Shown in pieces: positions 57,833-64,000 of a DNA stretch of 64,000 bases (position 1 is its first letter; each line of letters opens with the position of its first letter). The DNA is from the human T2T-CHM13v2.0 reference genome, Homo sapiens. Made by a program: the position numbers and the translations under genes. Location: the NCBI RefSeq assembly GCF_009914755.1, contig NC_060925.1. One strand, 5' to 3'. The notes below the pieces were generated by a model. It did not search any database and was not told the DNA's origin. It saw only the letters and a program-made list of their open reading frames with translations.

Positions 57833-60814
57833 TGTAAACTCCTATTCTTAAATGAAGCAGCAGGTCCGACTATACTTACTGTGCCATACACCCTGCTGCT
57901 CAGACGACAACGCCACCACAGAAAACTGGCCCAGGACCTAACCTGCCCTTCCTCTTCCTTGGGTTTTTTCTGTTGGTAACTACTGTTCCCTTTTCTCTCC
58001 ACACCTTTTACACTCTGGAATTGTTGTCCTAGACTCAAGCTTTTTGTATTCACGTTGGAGGAAACTGAATATCAAGGGATCTCTGTGATGGCAGCAATAA
58101 AGTTGAGCAGATTTTTAAAAATTTTCCTTCCTAAAAAGACTTTCTTCAAAAACGGTTTTGCATTGACTTTAAAAGGACAGAATATTTTTTCCTGAGAAAG
58201 AGCTGGGGCATGTTGTCTTGGAGGTCATATCAGCATCAAATAGCCTAGACTTTCTCCAGACATTAAAGGCTGCATAGGTCTGTGTAGAACCTCTGGCTGT
58301 CCATGGGAGATTCTTAGCGAACTGTCACTTGGAGAAAAGAATGATTATGATTGAAGGACATAAACGAGAAAGGAAGCTATGAACAAATAATTTTGGGGCA
58401 AGTGGAGAAAATGACGGCTTGATCTAGGAGCAGTATGGTTCCCACATTTAATTAGGATTCAAGAAAGAAACGATTTACATTTATCTTTCTTTTCCAAAGC
58501 CCCCTAATCTTATATCTCATTGCAGATGAGTAGGATGAATGATGAATGTGTGATATCAGCAGAGGTTTCGTCAACTGTGGGGCACAATATAACATTATTT
58601 CGAGTTAGGCAATTTTACTTCATACCAGGAATATTACTTTATGCACTGTTTTTAATATTTGTTTGAAGAATATCCGAATACAGAATTTCTTTACCCATAC
58701 TGAATTTGTGTGTGTTTACAAGGTTTTTGTGTTTCGCATCAGTGGAAATAAAAGATTGACGTTGCTACCCACTCAACCAGGCATTTTCAGACCACAAATC
58801 AGGATGAGAAAGGACTGCTAAACGCAAAGAATGCAGAAATAAAGATTACCCAGAGGTGGCGCTGTGGTAAAAGTACACCTGAATTTTGATTACAGTGAAT
58901 GTATTTACTCCCTACCTCTCAGAAGAGAGACTGTTAGCCATTATCGCTTTTGTATTTCTATAAACACACATCAGCAAATAAAGCTCTCTGGTAATACACT
59001 CCCATCCACTCCAATCTACCAGGACATGTTTAAAGACCTCACTCCGCACAGAATTAGAGCTGAAGCACTAAAACCACCTCCTAAAATGTAGGCCCTGTAG
59101 CCTAGAGCTCTGTTATTCAAAGTTTTATCCATCTCACTCTCCTTCCTTCCACAAACACCACCGGGATCCTCTGGATAATCACTCAATGATAGCTGAACAT
59201 GTGTCTGGTTAAATTTCTAACATTTCCTTCAGGAATTAAGATTTCGTTTTAGTGCATATTCTTCAGGAAAAATCCTGAAAAGTACCACAATTCGTTATAC
59301 ATCTATGCATTATGTGCTCTATCTAAGAAAATCATTTTTAAAAAGAAAAAATAAAGACCATTTGGCTTAATTCTCTCATTTGTGGATGAGAAAATTAAGG
59401 CCCAGAGACGGAAATTTACTTGCACATGACAAATCATAACTTAATTGTAGCCCACTAAGATCTTGTGTCATCTCCTTTTATTATAAATTATTTAAAAAGT
59501 GAAAATGAACCAGGGGATTCAAATGTATTATTTGTTTATGGTGTTCCTCTCCTCATCTGGTTTAATTGAGTTTTCTTGACTAACCTTCAAGCAGCATTAC
59601 ATCTTTTCTAAGTTGGTCCTCTTTAATCATGCCCATCTGTAGCTGTTTTCTGTGTAGGACATTTTAATTACTATTATAGTTTTAATGACTTTTTTTTAAA
59701 AAAAGTTTTTTATATGTGCACAAGGTGAATTCATCATAGCAGTGCAACTTTAAATACAAATCAATAAAATTAATTCATTTAATTTTAAGGTGCTAGAATT
59801 AAAAAATGAGTATTTGAATTGATATTTAAAATGCCCTCTACCTGACTGTATGGGCAATAATTATTCTTTCTTATGCAGCCTTATTAATTTTGATGGTTTG
59901 AAAGACAGAAATCCCCCAAATAGACACTAAAACCCTAAATGTTCAACATCTGCATTGTCTCGCCAGATTCTCCTTCAGGTTCCTTTCCTCAATCTAGCAG
60001 TACTGTGTGTAACACAATATGAAAACTTGCCCCACAAGGCTGGTTTTACTTAATGATACTTAGCAGAAGGGCTTTGCACTTTCATGATAATTTCCACCAG
60101 AAAAATCTCTCTGGAACTTACTAACAATAATCAGGCCTAATATTAGCCTCAGTCTGGAGATTTATTTAACCTATTTGGCAGAGTAGATAAAGTCGAATGC
60201 CTAGGTATTCAAGCATCTAGGCTGTGCTTCGGCCTTGGAAAAAGACTCTCAGGCTAGCACCCTAAAAGCATTCCTCAAAACTTGATTTATACTAGAAGTG
60301 ACATTTCTTACTCTCTAGAGGCTGTGAGATTGCAAATCTTGCAATTACTTCCATTGCTTTTGGGGGCTGTGAGAATTTCCGCCTCTCATCCTCCACAGTG
60401 AGGAGGGTAGTCGGGAAAGGCTTTCTCCCTTAAGTTTTCGTCAACTTTGAAAATAAGGACTGTGCTCCCTACATCACCAGCAATTGACAAGGATCCAGGA
60501 AATGCCTGCTAGGCACTTTCAAACTCGGAAAAATGGGAGTATGAGGGAGGCTAAGTAGGCAGTATTTAGCTAGCAACTATTATTTCCTTTATGTTTCTAC
60601 CTTGTTAACTAAGCTTCCACTACGGTTCATAAATCTCCAATATCGTGAATTAAAGAAACAACAACAAAAATCCTCTTCTGTGTGCTTGTGCGTGAGGGGA
60701 TAGAAGTCCACTGCCCTAAGATGCAGGACTTATCTTCCCAAACAGGAAGAGACCCATTTCTGAGAAAGATGGTAAGTTTCCTAAGGGTCTCCTCTCAGAT
60801 AGAGGGGATGGCAG

Positions 60815-62150
60815 TCCCCGAGGGGCGAGCGGGCGCGGGTCCTCAGGGTCCCCGTGCGCTGAGAAGGCAGGTGAGGCCCCGCCCTGCGTCTCGACTCCGG
60901 ATCCCGGGTCGCGAAGGGCAGCCCAAGCGGGTCCCCGGCCCCAGGCGCCCGGGTCACTTCACCCCACCTGATTCGGGCCCTTCCCTTCTCCTCTGTCGGC
61001 CAGCTCTGCCGCCTCGCTCTCTCTCCCGCCCCCCGAGTCTCGTTTCAGTCATCCCTTTGTCCTTCCCCGGATTGGCAGGTTTTATTATTCCGCCTGAACA
61101 ATCCGGCCGCCCAGTGGCTGAGGGTCGCTGACGTCGGAGGCAGAGCCGGGGAGTAGTTGGGATTTTGCTCTGTCAGTAACACATGTGTAAGAGCCGCGGA
61201 GGGAGCGAGCGAGCCGGCTAGAGGCCAGCGCCGCCGCCGCCGCCGCCTCCGAGCCGGGCAGCAACAGCCCCGGCAGCGGCGCAGGCTCCAGCGCGCCGGG
61301 CCCGGCCGGCCGCAGCCCCCGACGCCTGGGTGCGCCTGCCTGCCGGCCTCCGCACCGTCCGCCGCCGCTCCCGGGGCTGTTGTGTCTGCGACTGCTCCCG
61401 GCCGGAGGTGCAGGGAGCTCAGCCGAGCCGCCGCTGCCATCCCGGAGCGAGCAAGCGAGCGAGCGCGCGGGAGGGAGGAAGGCGGCGGCGGAGGAGGAGG
61501 AGGAGCGGGAGGAGCGCGGGCGGGGGCGGGGGCCGCCGGGCGGGGGAATATACAAAGTGAAGCCACATTGCCAAACTTGCAGCAGCGATTGCAGCAGTTG
61601 CTGCCGCTGCGCCGCGCCTGAAGCCGCGCCGCGCGGGCCGAGGGCTCCTGCAGCTGCTCGCGCGCAGTCGGAGGCGGAGAAGGACGAAGACTGAGACTGA
61701 CACTTCTGCTCCCGGCCGCCCGGCACTTACGCGGGGGCCCCCCAACCCGCCCCAGAGCAACGCGATTTAAAAAAAAAAAAAAAGCCGCCCTTAGCCCCCT
61801 CCTCCCCTTTCCTGCTTCTGCGAGAACTCCCTCCCTCCCTCCAGCTCCGCCAGCCCAGGCGCCCCTTCCCTGGAAGCCGAGCGGCTTCGCTCGCATTTCA
61901 CCGCCGCCGCCTCTCGCAATATTGCAATATAGGGGAAAAGCAGGTAAGGGGGCGGGTGGAGAGCCGCGGGCCGGGAGGTGGGAGAGGGAGGGAGGGGGTC
62001 GATTCGGGCCAGGGCTGTTTTCTTTGGCTTCCTTCCCCTGACCGTCCCAAATTGCAAGTAAACAATACGTCGGCTTAGATAAAGCGCGAGTCTGAAACTA
62101 CCGAGGCCGGCCTGCGAGCTAGCGCGGAGGGCAGCCCCGGGCCGCCAGCT
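60815..62150. promoter_or_regulatory. LMO4: CpG island / promoter of the + strand gene
   Basis: Abrupt rise in GC and CpG; inverted CCAAT (gattgg ~61070), CRE-like TGACGTCG (61129-61136), GC boxes (61518-61543), TATA-like TATACAAA (61549-61556). Confidence 0.9.
61165..61943 (+). other. LMO4: Non-coding exon 1 (5' UTR) of LMO4 (LIM domain only 4); 5' end approximate
   Basis: Strong donor CAG|GTAAGG at 61943/61944. The exon end GCAATATAGGGGAAAAGCAG matches my recollection of the LMO4 mRNA just upstream of ACCATG-GTGAATCCG (MVNPGSSS...). Gene identity is from memory, not a search. Confidence 0.8.
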
Positions 62151-64000
62151 TTGTAGCGGTTCCTGCTTACAAAAGGGCTCTTCTTGGAAACGGGGCTGGT
62201 GGGGACCGTAGAGGGGGTGGGGATATTTCTAGTTCATAAGGGAAAGGCAAGGGGTGCTTAGATGAGGATTTTAAGTATGAGAAGTAGTGTGTTTGGGGGG
62301 GTGGGGGTGGGGATAGTCACGATACCCCCCCTCCCTTCTAGTAAACACTATTTTTGAAACAGTGGCAGGAAGGATCTAAGTGAGCAGGATTCGGTATTGC
62401 TGGTTCTTTTAAAAAAATTCTTCTTGGCTTATAAGTCTTTTGTTCCAATCCAGGAGAAATACGGTGAATCACCTAATTAAAATCAAGACATGAATTAAGC
62501 ATCCATTTTTGTACTACAAATTGCCAGCGTTACGTTTGTCCCTCCCTTGGTCTCCATTAAAAAACACCAGAGACGTTGTTAAAGGGGGGCAGATTTTGCC
62601 TCTAGCTGCCAGTTCTGCTTTCTATTTCACTGACTATCCCAGGACCTAAATTGCTTGGCTATGTAATTACTAGAGTATAAGCCTATTTAACTTAAAAGCT
62701 TTCTTTTTTTTTTTTTTTTTTCCAACTCTAAATGAAACTTGATGAGGGCCCGTCCTTAGTTATCAGGGGAGTCAGTTTCTGGTCAGTCTTCTTGATTCAT
62801 CTCTTTTAGATTTAATCAGCATTAAGGTATTGCTTGTCCTTAAGAGCTTTAGCTAATGGGGTTACTGGATGCTTTTCTCAGTGTAATGTTTCCTTTTCAA
62901 AAAAAAAATACATATATATTTACCTCTCACTAAAGATGGGGGCGGGGAAGAGCTTGGAATCTCCTCCCTCACTCTCCTTTTAAAAAGGAATTCGGAGCGA
63001 TTAAAACGTTGGGGGAAACAGTTTAAAGATCTAGGGCAGGAAATGCAGATTCATTTGGGTTAGGGCTGAAATTGTAACAAAAAGCAATTCCTCGAGTAAA
63101 TGCATCAGATAAATCAATTTACATAAAGGTATGATGCATTCGGATAAATGCAATGCTAATGGGTTTTAGAGTGGTCCTGTTTCCAAAGTCTCAGGGTTTT
63201 GTTACAGCTTAATTGGTGCAGTTCTTATTCTGGTTTATTGTGCGGTCACTGGACACACGTTCCGGGACTCTTTCGGAGGAAATGTGTTTAAAATCGGCCT
63301 ATTTAAGGAACCCGAGTCCTTGTTTCGTTCCTTCCTCGTTTTTTTTGCAGCAGCCAAGTTGGGCCGGGTACAGGCAAAGTTCGCCTTCTTCTGAGGTATC
63401 AGCTGAATGTCTTGAGCAGATAGCCGGGAGCCTCAGGGGGAGCCCACACTCTCAGCTTACAGAGGACAAAGACAATACAGGCTGCTTAATTGGCAGTAAA
63501 TAACTTGATCTTTTTACAGAATAAGTGACTAGAGGAACACTAGGACTTTATTGGACTCGGGATTGAAGGCAACAAATTAATCGGTTTAGGCTAAGCTTTA
63601 TAAATTGATTCCTATATTATATCCCAGTTGCATCTCTTGTGGCATTCATTAGAGTGGGGAATTCTTTTTTAAAGCAGTTTTTGGTGACAGCAGGACGGGC
63701 TCGAATTTAACTTGTGCATCCCTTAATGGTGCCTTCTCGCACATTATCTGTAACGCCGCCCGCCCCCCCCCCCCCCCCCCCGCCCTTTGGAGGAACAAAG
63801 CTTTAGCATTTAAATTGCTGATCAAGGGCAGATTAGTGAGACCAAAGTGGAGAGTGTTTGTATAGGAAGTTAACAGGCATCCTAAAGTTCAATGATCTAT
63901 TATTCTTGCCTGTGTCCTGAAAACCCAGAGAAAACACTCATTGATCTTCAAAATGAAATGAGATTTGGAACAATAATGGGAGATGGCGGTCACCACAATG
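61944..64000 (+). other. LMO4: Intron 1 (partial)
   Basis: Follows the GT donor; no matching coding exon within the window; no interspersed repeats recognised. Confidence 0.75.
63763..63781. repeat. C19 homopolymer
   Basis: Direct reading. Confidence 0.95.

Noticed and set aside
61045-61896. Long ORFs (283, 213, 154, 113 aa) across the CpG island
   Set aside because: Stop-codon scarcity in GC-rich DNA; low-complexity Ala/Arg/Pro/Gly translations, mostly non-ATG starts, overlapping in several frames, no recognisable domain

Overview
Human (primate) genomic DNA. The human-specific AluYb8-lineage element at 5612 supports the species call. About 60.8 kb is intergenic sequence interspersed with Alu, MIR, L2, old L1, MaLR/ERVL solo LTRs and DNA-transposon MITEs. 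A CpG island at ~60.8-62.2 kb holds the promoter and non-coding first exon of a + strand gene, ending at a strong donor (CAG|GTAAGG, 61943/61944), followed by intron 1. From memory of the mRNA junction ...GCAATATAGGGGAAAAGCAG|ACCATGGTGAATCCG..., I recognise the gene as LMO4 (1p22). Its start codon would lie in exon 2, beyond the window. None of the supplied ORFs looks like a real CDS; they are Alu/LTR-derived, GC-island artefacts or chance frames. I found no convincing new biological system. The best leads are regulatory or evolutionary: a very young AluYb8-like insertion, co-oriented CTCF motifs, a hairpin-forming element in unique sequence, several compact TF-motif clusters, a two-tier promoter with a single uORF, and a strong Alu strand bias. 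Repeat subfamilies were assigned by eye and their boundaries are approximate unless TSDs are cited.
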